Positions 18,152 through 33,100 of a DNA stretch of 64,000 nucleotides are shown here, piece after piece (position 1 is the first letter of the stretch; the number at the start of each line of letters is the position of its first letter). The translations under genes and the position numbers were made by a program. Source of the DNA: Marsupella aquatica (taxonomy: Eukaryota; Plantae; Marchantiophyta); contig OZ316899.1 in NCBI GenBank assembly GCA_973895155.1, positions 12,775,934 through 12,839,933 on the forward strand. The letters are read 5' to 3'. The notes under the pieces were generated by a model that was not told the DNA's origin, ran no database searches, and saw only the letters and a list, made by a program, of their open reading frames with translations.

Positions 18152-21100
18152 ATGCCCGTCACTCGTTCTCATGCAGCTTACTTGAGGAGATTGACCATCA
18201 AACGAGAGAGTGCAACCCCAACAAGCTCCGACTCTTCAGGCTTGGAGGATTCGCAATTGCCTCGACGAATGAACATACCACCGTGACCTTTGGGGTCCGG
18301 TCCAGCCGGTCTTGCTCCGGTCCCTGCTGCACCACCGCCGCCACCGCCACCAGTACCTATCGTAGCCGCCCCACCAATGGCCCACGCTGCCCAAGCTCCC
18401 CCACAAATATCACAGCGGTCGCGGTTCCATTATCAACCTTTCAAAGGACGTCATGGGGATGATCCGGATGAATGGCTGGATGAGTTTGAAGCCACTACTA
18501 AGGCCAATGGGGAAGACGCCATTAAGCTAATCGTCCTCCCCGGGGTGATGCAGGGAGAAGCTTGTCCATGGTACAACTCGCTGCAACCCGGGATTACATG
18601 GGCACAATTCCAAGCTGCGTTGCTACAAGAGTTTTGCGCCATTGGATCAGAGTAGCGTTCTTTATTAAAGATTGGCCAGCTTCGCATGGGAAAGAAGGAG
18701 TCCCTGCAAAAGTTCATTCAGAAGTTTCAGAAACTTGCTGCCAAAATCCGGCCTAGGCCGGGTGATGCTCTCCAGCTTACGTGGTTCCTCCATGGTTTGC
18801 CCACAAATATGCAATTCTGGGTGCGCCAAAATAACCCAATTTCTATGCAAGTAGCCACAGCGTGCGCTGAAACCTACCGAGAGTCCACCTATAACTCCTG
18901 GCGAAGCCAGCGGGCACGCCGCAGGAAGGGCAAGTACGAGACCTTCAGTGACAGTGACTCCAAATCGGACAACGAGAAGAAGAAGAAATGCAAGAAGAAG
19001 AAGAAACATCGTTCGACCTTGTCCAATTCGGAGACAGAATCTAGTTTGGATTCGACTTCGACCAGCGGATCCTCCACTTCTAGCTCATCAGGAAGTGATC
19101 CAGGGAGCGAGAGCCGGGACAAAAAGAAGAAGAGGCGGGTTAAGAAGGAGGGAAAAATCAAGCCCCGTGTTTGAAGAATGATACCCGATCCAAAGGCCGC
19201 CGAAGCAGACAAGCTTAACAAAATCACGGATCGTCTCAAAGCACTGTCGGTACATCACACGGAAAAACTTGTGGAGAAGAAGAAGCCACCCGAGACCCGA
19301 GCACATGCGTGGTGTTCAAAGTGTTTCCAATCCAGGCATGTAGTGCAGGAATGCCCAAGATGGAAGAACCGAGTCCACCAGGTGGAATTAGATGATGTTG
19401 ACAACCAGGGACCTAAATCGGAGTCCAAGGAGTATTTCTTTGAAGATCCCCCTAATTCGGGTGTATCAGATTTCAACGGTGGGTCCGCGTAACTTAGCAG
19501 GTAGAACTACATACCCCTACCCAAACAATGGCAGAAGTTTCCAAGTTATCAGTAACCCGAGCATTCCTCCTAAGCCAGGGATTTGGCGATCCCCAGTTTG
19601 TTACAACTGTGAGAAGCCAGGCCACTTTGCAAGGGAATGCACCAAACCAAGACGGCAGGGGGATGGCCGAGGCACACCACTATGTCAAGTTTGCAAAACG
19701 GAAGCTCACTCCACGGCCAACTATCCATTGGTAATAGCCGATCGAACAAACGCAGCAAGACCAGCCCAGGGCGGACCGGCCACGAGCGATGCAGTTGTCC
19801 AAATGATTGCTATGGAATGGCAAGATGACAACACCAAGTGGGTAAATCTGGTGGACGTAGCGGAGCACCCTAATCCATTGGACGAGGCTGAGTGCTACCG
19901 AGTGTCAACAAGAGCCGAGCGAAAGGAAGAGAAATAGAAAGAAAAACGCAGGAAAAAGCAAGATACTTCTCCAGTGCAGCCAACAATAGATATACCCCCA
20001 AAGAAGGACGATGATTACCATTGGGGCGACCCAAAGCTATTTTATCCCTGCATTGAAGAATTGGTAAAGAAACAGTTGGAGGCCTACAAAGCTCAGGAAT
20101 ACTAGAAAGCAATCGATAAGGACATCAAAGCTGCCGAGGCCGCCCGGCGACAGGAGCAAGAAAAGCAGGAGGAGGAAGCCAAGCAGCAGCCAAAGGAAGA
20201 AAAGAAGGAGGACTATGATATTAAGGAAGACGTGAAGAGTTGCCCGGTTACGGCAATGATAGGGCAACTACTGCAAAACAATCCACAGTACCGATGGCAA
20301 TTGAGGGAGTTGCTTACGGGTCGGCAACGGAGGCCACTACCCAGAGTTGGGATTGCGGATTGCAACATGATATGCGAGGACCTAGGAGCGTCGGACATCT
20401 CAATTGAAATCAATAATTGTACCATCAAGATGGTTCTCGTAGACGGAGGAGCGGGAGTCAACATCACGACTGAGGAAACATCAGTTAAGTTAGGATACCT
20501 CACGTATCAACCCACAGCCCGAGCGATCAGATTAGCCAACGGGGCAAGGGTCCTTCCATTGGGCACGCTCACGCGGGTGCTCACTCTTGTAGGAGGGGTG
20601 GAGTTCTATCTCAACTTGCTAGTCATGAGGCCGGTTTGGCCCTCCTCTTATCCGGTCCTTCTAGGCAGGCCGTGGCTATATGGTGGCCGTGTAGTCACTG
20701 ATTGGGGAAAGAAGGAACTACAGTTCTGGACACCCACAGTACGAGTATTATAGGCAATGGATGATTATCAGGGTGAAACGCCACAGGGACCTGAGGAATA
20801 TGATTCGGAGACCTTGGAGGAAGAGGAGCTCAATATGATTGAACTCATTTCGTCCCTGTCCGAGGAAGATGTCTTCAGAGTAGAGACAACCCGGGAAACG
20901 CATCTCTTGAATTACCCGAAGGTTGCTATTGAGTCCACCCCGAGCATCTCTACCGCCCGGGCCAAAGAAATGCAAAAATAACCCATCAATACGGAGGAGA
21001 CGGCTCCAGCTAAGCAAGGAGCCGATGTTGCTTCTACCATTATAGAGCCTAGTGACCACGAACCAGCCAAACAACTGCCCGAGGCCAAAAACCCAAGACC

Positions 21101-24100
21101 GAGGCATAAGAAACGGGTCTCCTGGGACCCGTCCATCCCGCAATTGGAGGAAGTAACTCCAAATCCAAAACCGATCCTAGTTCCACCCATGTATGGAGGA
21201 GTTCGGTTAGCTGAGCTGGATGCGAGCCTGGACCCGAGCTTGCGGAACCAGGTGGAAGTCATAAGGAAGGAGCACTACCGGAGTACACCATTGGGATGGA
21301 TAAGTCTTTTAACCTGGGACACGCTCTGACGGGGGAGGCGGAAACATCTATCCAAGCACTGCTCAAGGAATATGAAGATGTGTTCGCATGGAGCCATCAC
21401 GATTTGACGGGAGTCTCGCCCGAGTTGGGAGAACACACAATCGATTTGAACCTGGGGGCCCATGCAGTACGGCAACGACAATGTCGCATGAACCCGAGGT
21501 ACTACATCTTAGTGAAGGAGGAAATCGATCGTCTCCTTGCCGCAGATATCATCTACCCGGTAATGGCCAGTGACTGGGTTTCTCCCATTGTCATTGTACC
21601 AAAGAAGGGAGGTACGGACGGAAAACCTAAGATCCGGATCTGTCAGGACTATCGTGAGCTGAACGACGCAACGGAAAGACCATTACCTGTTACCATTCAC
21701 GGATATGGTTCTTGATATGGTAGCCCAAAACAAAATTTGTACATTCCTTGACGGGTATTCGAGTTATAATCAAATCTGGATCCGCCTCTCGGATCAGCTC
21801 AAAACAACGTTCACTACGGAATGGGGGACGTTCGCATTTTGGAGAATGCCGTTCGGGCTGTGTAACGTCCCAGCCATGTTTCAGCAACTCATGATGAATA
21901 TCTTCCACGATTTCCTACGGGAATTTCTGGAAATATTTATCAACGACTTTGCCATCTTCGGAACTGTCGCCATGCACCCCGAACATCTACGATGTACGCT
22001 ACAACGGTGCCAAGAGGTTAACCTCAAGCTACATCCCGCCAAATGTTTTTTTGGGGTAGAGGAAGGAGTGTTACTCGGGCATCGTGTGTCCAAACGGGGT
22101 ATCGAGGTGGACCAAGAGAAGGTCGCGGCTTGGATGGCGGTGGTGTTTCCGGTAGATCAAAAAGCGATACAATCCTTCTTGGGCTGTGTAGGGTACTATC
22201 GTCGGTTCATTAAAGATTTTGCTAAAATTGCGTTACCCTTAACTGAGATGATGAAGAAGGACGCGGTGATCGAGGAGACACCCAGGAGACGGATTGCTTT
22301 CAAAGAACTCCGTAAATGACTCACCACCGCACCTATCATGGTCATCCCAGACTGGAATAAGGAGTTCCATGTGTACGTTGATGTGTCAAGGTTCTGTATC
22401 GGGTCTGTACTCAATCAGCTTGATGAGGACGGACGTGACCACCCCATCTACTTTGCTAGCCGTCAACTATTCACAGCCAAAAAAAATTATTCTCCCACTG
22501 ATCGAGAAGCTCTGGGAATAATCTACTCATGTAAGAAGTTCCGGCACTACCTGCTTGTCTACAAGGTCATATTCCACACGGATCATGATAACCTGAAGTA
22601 CATGGTCAACAAAGCGGATGTGACAGGACGGATAGCCTAGTGGGTGCTACTTCTCCAGGAATTTAGCTATGAAGTTTGGGTTCGGCCAGGAAAGGCACAT
22701 CTCAACGCCGACTTCTTTTCAAGGCTGACCGACGTACCAGTCGATCAGCCAATTAATGATACTTTTCCGGACAAGGAGTTATTCCACATAGGGGCGGGAA
22801 CGCCTACATGGTACGGCTCAATAATCACCTTCCTCTTAACAGGCCGCATCCCCAACGACATCAATCAGGAGGCCGCCGCTGTGTTTTTACGGAAGGCTGG
22901 GCCATACGTTATGATACAGGGTCACCTACATAAGGAAGGAGTTAATGGGAAGCTACGACGCTGCTTAGAGTACAATGAGATGCTCATCGTTATGCAGGCC
23001 TTGCATGAAGAAGAAGCTGGAGGCCATTTCGCGGCTATCACGACAGCCCAAAAGATTCTGGATTCAGGGTATTGGTGGCCTACGTTGCATCGGGATATAC
23101 AACGTTTCATCAAGGGCTGTGACCTGTGTCAGCGGGCTGGGGCCCCACGACGATCTCATCATCACCCTCTCACGTCCGTGCTTCCCTTGGCACCTTTCGA
23201 AAAGTAGGGTATTGATTATATCAGACCGTTCACTCCCGTTACCCGATGACGAAGATGCAAGTACATCCTGCTAGCTATAGATTACTCCACCAAATGGGTC
23301 GAAGCACGGGCTACGGTAAAGGACGACGCTGCAACCACCGCCAGGTTCTTATACGAGCAGATCTTCACCCGGTTCGGGCCACCCTTGGAGTTAGTAAGCG
23401 ACCGTGGAACACACTTCCTCAATGATACCGTAGCCCAGCTTACGAAGCTTTACCTAGTCAAGCACCGCAAGACTACCCCGTATCATCCTAAAGCCAACGG
23501 GCTGATAGAGAGAGCCAATGGTATCATTGGGAAGATCCTCAACAAGACAGTAGCCGCGCACAAAACGGATTGGGATGACAAGTTGTACGCGGCGGTGTAT
23601 TAGTATAATCTGGCTTACAAGACTACTACAAGTCATAGCCCGTACTTTCTCATGTTCGGCCAACATTCGTTGGTGCCCGTTGAGTTCAAAGTCCACACTC
23701 CTCGGGTAAGCATTTGGGATCGCTTACCCGAAGCTGAAAGTTCGTCGGACAGAGCTTATCAGATTGGAGCATTAGAAGAAGCACGGCTACTTGCAGCTCG
23801 ACACGTCGTCAAGCAGTAGGTAGCTTCCAAGAAGCAGCACGACAAAGGACTACGGAAGGCCGACGTCATGACAGACAACCTAGTCCTGCTGTACGATAGT
23901 AGGTACATGCAGTTTCCAAGGAAGCTTCATACCCGTTGGCTAGGGCCTTTCCTAGTCAATCAGATCTACCCTAACGGATCTTTGGAACTCGCAACGTACG
24001 CCGGCGATTTACTACCCACGCGAGTCAGTTACGATCGTGTGAAGAAGTACCACCATCAAGATGACGACGCCAAGAGGGAAGTTTGCGAGGACGCTTCACA

Positions 24101-24149
24101 ATTAAGCAGGGAGCTATGTGATGCCGCCGGTATGGCGGGTAATGAGTAA
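18152..24149 (+). pseudogene. gag-pol pseudogene of B1
   Basis: MPVTRS start, FKGRHGDDPDEWLDEF, zinc knuckles, VDGGAG protease, RT (FINDF, mutated), RNase H and integrase fragments, with many stops and frameshifts. Confidence 0.93.
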
Positions 24150-27100
24150 TTTGGTCTAACCGTGCTTAGCACGCGCATTAGGGGTATCTTAGGCCATTAT
24201 TATTAGCATAACGACAGTACGAGATCGAACGCAAATACAAGAGAGCCATCCGCCTAGCAGGACAACACCACTATCTCCTTAACTTTGATTACCCGTCCCA
24301 GAGCGAGCTTTACCGACCCGAAGAAATATTGGGGTACTTCTTTGACAGAGGCAAATATATTGGCTTTTGGGAGGCATTGCTTCGGCTTCCGGACAAGGTC
24401 TTCAATATTCCTGGCACGATCAACTTGCAACAGCACCACTTCGACCACATCCCCGCTCGGGTTCGGGCTATCATCAATGGCGAGTTCAACACTACCCGGT
24501 TGACAGGACCATCTTCACTTGCGTCGGAAAACCTCAACCAGCACCTGGTGAACTTCATGGCAACTCTACCATCAACGACCAGTGCCAGCCAACCCGTGCC
24601 CGTACCCGCATCTACACCTACTCGGCCTCAGCCAAGCTGGTCCCCGCCACCGGTTCCACCACCTCCCCGAGTACAATCCATGGTGAATGCGATAAATATT
24701 AGCTCCGAAGACGAGGAGGCTCACCCTCCTATGAATCGACGGCCGCGGGGTACAAACAACCCAACACCACTCCAGCAAGCCTGAGGGGATAACATGGTAA
24801 CGCTAGCGGCCCCGGCACCAATACTCACGGCAGTCGCGCTACCACCACCTGACCGAGAGGATGGAGAGATGTCCCCTTCTTCTAGTCACCTCGGAAATCA
24901 GTCTCGGGGTAGGAAGAGGAAGGAGCCCGTAGCTGTATCCGGGTTGCCTTTGGTCACGGTTGCGGTAGCCAAGCTGACCATGCATCGCATGGGGGACAAC
25001 GTTCACAAGAACATCCTGCACCCCAAGCATGCATGCTATCTGAAGACCCAGGGGTTTGAGCACCTCGCCTCTCTCCCTTGGAACGGAAGCAAGTATTACG
25101 GGCAGGATATGACGGACTTCATTCAGAACTTTGATGAGGCCCGTCAACAAACCCGAGCGCACGGGAGAGTGATGTGTCTCAATGAGGCACGTCTGAAGAT
25201 GATTTTCAGTTTACCCGAGGGGATAAACCGGGTAGAGTCGCGGGCTTCTGGGGGCAAGGGAGCTAAATACCAGTCATCTAGCTTCCTGGCCAAAGGGGTA
25301 GTGGACAATGGATTCTTAATGAGGACGTGCCTCATCCCGGAGGCAGCAAAATGCCTAGAGTTCCAGCGGTATGCCCTCCACATGATGGAACCTAGAGGAT
25401 AAATATTGGCCGCTCAGGTCATCCAGGTGGAGAACTATCGGCCCAGGAAGTGGGCGTCCTTCTTTGTCAAGAAGTTCCACCAGGAGATGGAGCGGAGAAG
25501 GAAGACTTTGTACCTTGGTGGGAGGGCGTACTTTGCTAGCCACATCAAAATCATCATCGAGTGGTACGCTCACTTCGACCACCGGAGCCTCCGACGTCTC
25601 AACGAGCTCAAGCTGACCCTGCCAAAATGGGTGTTGCAGTCCAGGTAAGGCGACCGCAGCCCGAGGCCCGAAGCCTGGCAGCTGCAAGTCCTGCTACCCC
25701 GGCCCCGCAACCCGCCGCTGCCGCCCCGCCAGGCATACCCATTGACGTTATCGCGACCTTAGACGCGATCAATCGGGACAATGCCATCGAAGTTGGGCCG
25801 GATGAAGCCGTACCCAAAGCAGATGCCACGGTAGCCGGGGAGATTCCGCCACCCCCCGCGGTGGTGCAGGAGAACCACCCACCTCCAGTGGAACCAGCCC
25901 CTTTGACTGACTTACCTCAAGGGCTGGATGTGTCCACTCCTACTCCCGCATGGGTTGGAGTCTGCCCGTGCCCGAATCCAGAGGGACATAGTCTAGACCA
26001 TCCGGAACTCTTTGCGTCGGGCACATTTCTGAACGGGTTGTTGGGAGATTTCTTGCAACAGATCCCTCGGGACACCGGGGAATACATGGCCCGGAGGGTG
26101 GCCTACTTCTTCAACCTGGAGTTGGTTGCGGCAGTAAGGGCAGGACATGCGCAGGCAGAGACCGCGTAGAGAATAGAGCGATATCGGGTTGAGTCTGCCT
26201 ACTTGACGGACGAAGTGGCAACCCTGGAGGCTGAACTCCAGCAACTACGGCCTCAGGAAACAGCCACGGAGGACCAGGTTGCCGAGGCTAGAGCCCAAGC
26301 AGCGTTAGCAGTATAGGCCGAGCTCGGAAAGGACGTCGAGATCACGCGGCTCCGGACCAAGATTGACGGTTTGCAGGGGCAAGCCATCAGTTGGCAAAAG
26401 GATCTAGGGGAAGCTGACTCCAGGTCTCAATGGGACACAACCGAGATTGACAACCTGAAGGCAGAGGTGGCGCGGCTTCAAGGAGAAGCCACGAAACAGG
26501 CCCAGTTGGTGGACAAGGTGACGAGCGAAACCCAACAACTGGAGGAGGCATGCCAGGAGGCCATGGAAGAGGCAGACGCGGCGAAGCTGGAAAACAAATC
26601 TCTGCTAGACCAGGTCCACCTACTTAAGCAGGACGCCGACAGACTCAGAAGGCAGTGGGATAGTCGCTCCCACTCAGGCGGCTCTAGCAAGCGTGCCAGG
26701 CATTAGCGGCCGAGTAGGATTAGAGTAGAGTTAGGAATAGCTAAATTAGGCTATAGGGACAAGCACCTGCCCTAGTTAAAGCAGCACTGCCATGTTGTAC
26801 AACCTGCGTAGATTAGGATCTCCTAATAAGACAAGCCGTTTTCCAGCCTGACAGCCAGCTTAGTTAGGACCTTAGTTAGCAAATCTTTGGGCGTGAGGGC
26901 ACTCCGTTCCGCGGCCCTTAGTATTTAGTGCACCCTTCGGTAGAGGCAGGGGGATTTTTAGTCTCAGTGTTGGACATCCACGGTATGTGCGGGGAGTCCC
27001 GACCTCTGGGAGTGAAAGAGTACCAAGGGGAGGGTGTAGGACTAAGCTCGTTGGGCGAGTGCGGAGCCGAGCTCCGTTGTAGTGTACACCCTTGGCCTCG

Positions 27101-27599
27101 GACCTGTTCATTCCAGGGCTTTCGGGTCAACTAAGTGTACGCATATGTCTCCTATGTAGTAAAATCCTTTCCCACTATTTCCTTCGTGTAAATCAAGATT
27201 GTATGCTTGTGCGGATGTATATGTGTAAATCTCGTGTAAAGGTGCCAATGCTTGGCCGAACGCACTACCCAAGTCGTGCACGCGGTGGAGCTTGCGGGTC
27301 AGTGGTTGCGAGCCCGGGTTTAGTACCCATACCATCGAATCCGGATCGAAGGCGGACAACATGAAGGCTTAGAAGCCCATAAACCGGGGTCGATCCTGTT
27401 GTCGACTGAGGTACGTTCTGGCGGCGGAACACAAACCATACCTAGGAGGTGTCTGTATATGACCATAGGCGCACTTAGCGCTAGTTTACGTGAGTTAGGT
27501 GCATTCCGTCCCTCCCTCCCTGCCCGAACCCTCATTTTGACAAAGGATGTGCCTGTCTAAGCCAAAGCCCGGGTTAAGGCCTAGGCTGACGACGTGACA
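24117..27599 (+). repeat. 3' LTR of B1 (3483 bp, with ~455-bp internal deletion) containing a degenerate ORF
   Basis: Starts TGTGATG after GGGAGCTA, ends GTGACA at the junction with B2 protease sequence; homologous to 30129-33555. Confidence 0.92.
24220..26706 (+). pseudogene. Family-B LTR-encoded accessory gene (degenerate)
   Basis: Collinear fragments 24329-24784, 24794-25402, 25406-25648, 25561-26169, 26371-26706; contains FIQNFDE..HGRVMCLNEARLKMIFSLPEG, homologous to the family-A ORF. Confidence 0.82.
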
Positions 27600-29999
27600 G
27601 TGAGCATGCCCAATGGAAGGACCCTTGCCCCGTTTGCTAATCCGATAGCTCGGGCTGTGGGTTGATACGTGAGGTATCCTAACTTGACTGATGTTTCCTC
27701 AGTCATGATGTTGACTCCCGCTCCTCCGTCTACGAGAACCATCTTGATGGTACAATTATTGATTTCAATTGAGATGTTCGGCGCTCCTAGGTCCTCGCAT
27801 ATCATGTTGCAGTCCGCAATCCCAACTCGGAGTAGTCGCCGACCCGTAAGCAACTCCCTTAGTTGCCATCGGTACTATGGATTGTTCTGCAGTAGTTGCC
27901 CTACCATTGCTATAACCGGGCAACTCTTAACGTCTTCCTTAATATCATAGTCCTCCTTCTTTTCTTCCTTTGGTTGCTGCTTGGCTTCCTCCTCCTACTT
28001 TTCTTGCTCCTGTCGCTGGGCGGCCTCGGTTGCTTTGATGTCCTTATCGATTGCCTTCTGATATTCTCGCGCTTCGTAGGCCTCCAATTGTTTCTTGACC
28101 AATTCTTCGATGCGGGGGTAAAATAGCTTCGGGTTGTCCCGACGGTAGTCATCATCCTTCTCCGGGGGTATATCTATCGCTGGCTGCACCGGAGTAGTAT
28201 CTTGCTTTTTCCTGCATTTCTCTTCCTGTTTCTCTTCCTTCCGCTTGACTCTTGTTGACACTCGGTAGCACTCAGCCTTGTCCGATGGATTAGGGTGTTC
28301 TGCTACGTCCACCAGATTTACCCACTCGGTGTTGTCATCTTGCCATTCCACAACAATCGTTTGGACGACTGCATCGCTCGTGGCCGGTCCGCCCTCGGCT
28401 GGTCTTGTTGCGTTTGTTCGAGTGGCTATTACAAATGGACAGTTGGCCATGGAGTGAGCTCCCATTTTGCAAACTTGACATAGTGGTGTGCCTCGGCCAT
28501 CCCCCTGCCGTCTTGGTTTGGTGCATTCCCTCGCAAAGTGGCCTGGCTTCTCACAGTTGTAACAAACTGGGGATCGCCAAATCCCTGGCTTAGGAGGAAT
28601 GCTCGGGTTACTGATAACTTGGAAACTTCTGCCATTGTTTGGGTAGGGGTATGCAGTTCTACCTGCTAAGTTACGCGGACCCACCATTGAAATATGATAC
28701 ACCGAATCAAGAGGATCTTCAAAGAAATACTCCGTGGACTCCGATTCAGGTCCCAGGTTGTCAACATCATCTAATTCCACTTGGTGGACTCGGTTCTTCC
28801 ATCTTGGGCATTCCTGCACGACATGCCCAGATTGGAAGCACTTTGAACACCACGCATGGGCTCGGGTCTTAGGTGGCTTCTTCTTCTCCACCGGCTTTTC
28901 TACGAGATGTACTGACAATGCTTTGAGACGATCGGTGTTTTGGTTAAGCTTGTCTATTTTGGCAGCCTTTGGATTGGGTATCGCTCGTCAAACATGGGGC
29001 TTGATTTTCCCCTCCTTAACCCGCCTCTTCTTCTTCTTGCCCCGGCTCTCGCTCTCCAAATCACTTCCTGATGAGCTAGAAGTGGAGGATCCGCTGGTCG
29101 AAGTTGAATCCGAACTAGATTTTGTCTCCGAACTGGATGAGGTCGAACAATGTTTCTTCTTCTTCTTGCGTTTCTTCTTCTTCTCGTCGTCCAATTTGGA
29201 GTCACTGTCACTGAAGGTCTCGTACTTGCCTTCTTGCGGCACGCCCGTTGGCTTTGCCGGGAGTTATAAGTGGACTCCCGGTAGGTTTCGGCGCACGCTA
29301 TGGCTACTTGCATTGAAATTGGGTTATTTTGGCGCACCCAGAATTGCATATTTGTGGGCAAACCATGGAGGAACCACGTAAGCTGGAGAGCATCACCTGG
29401 CCTAGGCCGGATTTTGGCAGCAAGTTTCTGAAACTTCTAAATGAACTTTCGCAGGGACTCCTTCTTTCCCATGTGAAGCTGGTCGATCTTTAATAAAGAA
29501 CTTTGCTCTGATCCAATGGCGCGAAACTCTTGTAGCAACGCAGCTTGGAATTGTGCCCATGTAATCCCGGGTGGCAGCGAATTGTACCATGGACAAGCTT
29601 CTCCCCGCATCACTCCGGGGAGGACGTTAGCTTAATGGCATCTTCCCCGTTGGCCTTAGCAGTGGCTTCAAACTCATCCAACCATTCATCCGGATCATCC
29701 CCATGACGCCCTTTGAAAGGTCGATAATGAAACCGTGACCGTTGTGATATTTATGGGGGAGCTTGGGCAGCGCGAGCCACAGCTGGTGGGGCAGTTGCCA
29801 TAGGTACCGGTGGCGGTGGTGCAGCAGGGACTGGAGCAGGACCGGTTGGACCGGACCCCGAAGGTCCCGGTGGTATGTTCATTCACCGAGGCGATTGCAA
29901 ATCCTTCGATCCTGAAGAGTCGGAGCTTGTTGTGGTTGCACTCTCTCGTTCGCTGGTCAATCTCCTCAAGTAAGCTGCTTGAGAACGAGTGACGGGCAT
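27600..29999 (-). pseudogene. gag and partial protease of B2
   Basis: CSKCFQSGHVVQEC, CYNCEKPGHFAREC, CQVCKMGAHSMANC, VDGGAG; stops present. Confidence 0.9.
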
Positions 30000-30128
30000 T
30001 TACTCGTACAAATGCGATGGTTAGTAGCTCACAAGGGCCTGGTGTATTCTGTCCAGGTGCACCCGCACATGTCTCCCCTCTACTACACGTAGAGTGCCCC
30101 CTCCATCTAGCACCAAAAACAAAGGCTA

Positions 30129-33100
30129 TGTCACGTCGTCAGCCTAGGCCTTAACCCGGGCTTTGGCTTAGACAGGCACATCCTTCATCAAAATGAGGGT
30201 TCGGGCAGGGAGGGAGGCACGAAATGCACCTAACTCACGTAAACTAGCGCTAAGTGCGCCTATTGTCATATACGGACACCTCCTAGGTATGGTTTGTGTT
30301 CCACCGTCGGAACGTACCTCAGTCAATAGTAGGATCGACCCCGGCTTATAGGCTTCTAAGCCTTCGTGTTGTCCGCCTTTGATCCGGATTCGATGATATG
30401 GGTACTCAACCCGGGCTTGCAACCACTTACCCGCAAGCTGCACCCCGTGCACGACTTGGGTAGTGCGTTCTGCCAAGCGTTGGCACCTATACACGAGATT
30501 CACACATACATACGCACAAGCATACAATCTCGATTTACACAAAGGAAATAATGGGAAAGGATTTTACTACATAGGAGACATGCGTACACTTAGTTGACCC
30601 GAAAGCTCTGGAATGAACAGGTCCAAGGCCGAGGGTGTACACTACAACAGAGCCCAGCTCCGCACTTGCCCAACAAGCTTAGTCCTATGCCCTCCCCTTG
30701 GTACTCTTTCACTCCCAGAGGTCGGGACTCCCCGCACATACCGCGGATGTCCAACAGTGAGACTAAAAACCCCCCCTTGCCTCTACCGAGGGGTGCGCTA
30801 AATACTAAGGGCCGAGGAACGGAGTGCCCTCGCGCCCAAAGATTTGCTAACTAAGGTCCTAACTAAGCTGGCTGTCAGGCCGGAAAACGACTTGTCTTAT
30901 TAGAAGATCCTAATCTACGCAAGCTGGACAGCATGACAGTGCTGCTTTAACTAGGGCAGGTGCTTGTCCCTATTGCCTGATTTAGCTATTCCTAACTCTA
31001 TTTTAATCCTACTCCGCCGCTAATGCCTGGCACGCTTGCCAGAGCCGCCTGAGTGGGAGCGGCTATCCCGCTGCCTTCTGAGTCTGTCGGCGTCCTGCTT
31101 GAGTAGCTGGACCTGGTCCAGCAGAGATTCATTCTCCCGCTTCGCCGCGTCTGCCTCTTCTGCGGCCTCCTGGCATGCCTCCTCTAGTTGTTGGGTGTCG
31201 CTCGTCAGCTTATCCACCAACTGGGCCTGTTTCGTGGCTTCTCCTTGAAGCCGCACCACCTCTGCCTTCAGGGTGTCAATCTCGGTCGTGTCCCGCTGAG
31301 ACCTAGAGTCAGCTTCCTCTAGATCCTTTTGCCAACTGACGGCTTGTCCCTTCAAACCGTCAATCTTGGTCCGGAGCCAAGCAATCTTGGCATCCTTTCC
31401 GAGCCCGACCTGTTCTGCTAAAGCTGCTCGGGCCCTAGCCTCGACAACCTGGTCCTTCGTGGCCGTTACCTGAGGCCGCAGTTGCTGGAGTTCAGCCTCC
31501 AGGGTTGTCACTTCGTCCTTCAGGTAGGCAGACTCAACCCACTATCGCTCTATTCTCTGCGCTGGCTCTGCCTGCGCATGTCCTGCCCTTACAGCCGCAA
31601 CCAACTCCCTGTTGAAGAAGTAGGCCACCCTCCGGGCCATGTATTCCCCTGTGTCCCGAGAAATCTGTTGAGAGAAATCTCCCAACAACCCGTTCATAAA
31701 TGTGCCCGGCGCAAAGAGTTTCGGATGGTCTAGACTGTGTCCATCTGGATTTGGGCACGAGCAGACTCCAACCCACGCGGGAGTAGGAGTGGATACATCC
31801 AGCCCTTGAGGTAAGTTGGTTGAAGGGGCTGGTTCCACTGGAGGTGAGCGGTTCTCCTGCACAACCGCGGGGGGTGGCGGAATATCCTCGGCCACCGTGG
31901 CATCTGCTTCGGGTATGGCTTCATCCGGCCCAACTTCGATTGCATTGCCATGATTGATCGCGTCTAAGGTCGCGATAACGTCTATGGGTATGCTTGGTGG
32001 GGTGGCAGCGGCGGGTTGCGGGGCTGGGGTAGTAGGCCTTGCAGTTGCCAGACTTTGGGCCTTGGGCTGCGGTTGCCTGACCTGGGTGGGAACACCCATT
32101 TTGACGGGGTCAGCTCGGGCTCGTTGATACGCGGGAGGCTGCGGTGGTCAAAATGAGCGTACCACTCGATGATGATTTCAATGTGGCTAGCGAAGTACGC
32201 CCTTCCGCCAAGGTACAAAGTCTTTCTCCTCTACTCCATCTCCTTGTGGAACTTCTTGACAAAGAAGGACGCCCACTACCTGGGCCGATAGTTCTCCACC
32301 TGGATGACCTGGGCGGCCGATATTTTGCCTCTGAGTTCCATCATGTGGAGGGCATACCGCTGGAACTCCAGGCGTTCTGCTACCTCCAGGATGAGGCACG
32401 TCCTCATTAAGAACCCATTGTCCACTACCCCCTCGGCCGAGAAGCTAGAGGACTGGCACTTAGCTCCCTTGCCCCCAGGAGCCCCCGACTCTACTTGGTT
32501 TATCCCCTCGGGTAAACTGCATTCACCATGGATTGTACTCGGAGAGGTGGTGGGACCGGTGGTGGGGACCGGTTCGGTTGAGGCCGAGGAGGTGTAGGTG
32601 CGGGTACGGGTACGGGCACGGGTTGGCGGGCACTGGTCATTGATGGTAGAGTTGCCATGAAGTTCTGCAGGTGCCAGTGGAGGTTTTCCGAACCAAGTGT
32701 CAACGGCCCTGTCGACCGGGTAGTGTTGAACTCACTGTTGATGATAGCCCGGACCTGAGCGTGGATGTGGTTGAAGTGGTGCCGCTGCAAGTCGATCGTG
32801 CCCGGGATATTGAAGACCTCATCCGGAAGCCAAAACAATGCCTCCCAAAAGCCAATGTATTTGCCTCCATCGAAGAAGTACCCTGATACCTCTTCGGGTT
32901 GGTAAAGCTCACTCTGGGACGGGTACTCAAAGTTAAGGAGATAGTGGTGGCGGCCTGCTAGGCGGATGGCTCTCTCGTATTGGCGTTCGATCTCGTATCG
33001 GCGCGGGTTGGCATGTTTCAATGATAGACAGGAACTGTGTCCAGAATCGTATGGCCGAACTAGAAAGGATTGTGTGCAACATTGAGAGGAGATAGCAGGT

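Larger units (their letters stand above)
1..27599 (+). mobile_element. Degenerate Ty3/gypsy element B1 (family B). Left end lies outside the window; 5' LTR interrupted by element A
   Basis: 5' LTR ends ...GTGACA at 18022, then PBS and gag-pol pseudogene; 3' LTR 24117-27599; 1-304 plus 15848-18022 match ~25119-27599. Confidence 0.93.
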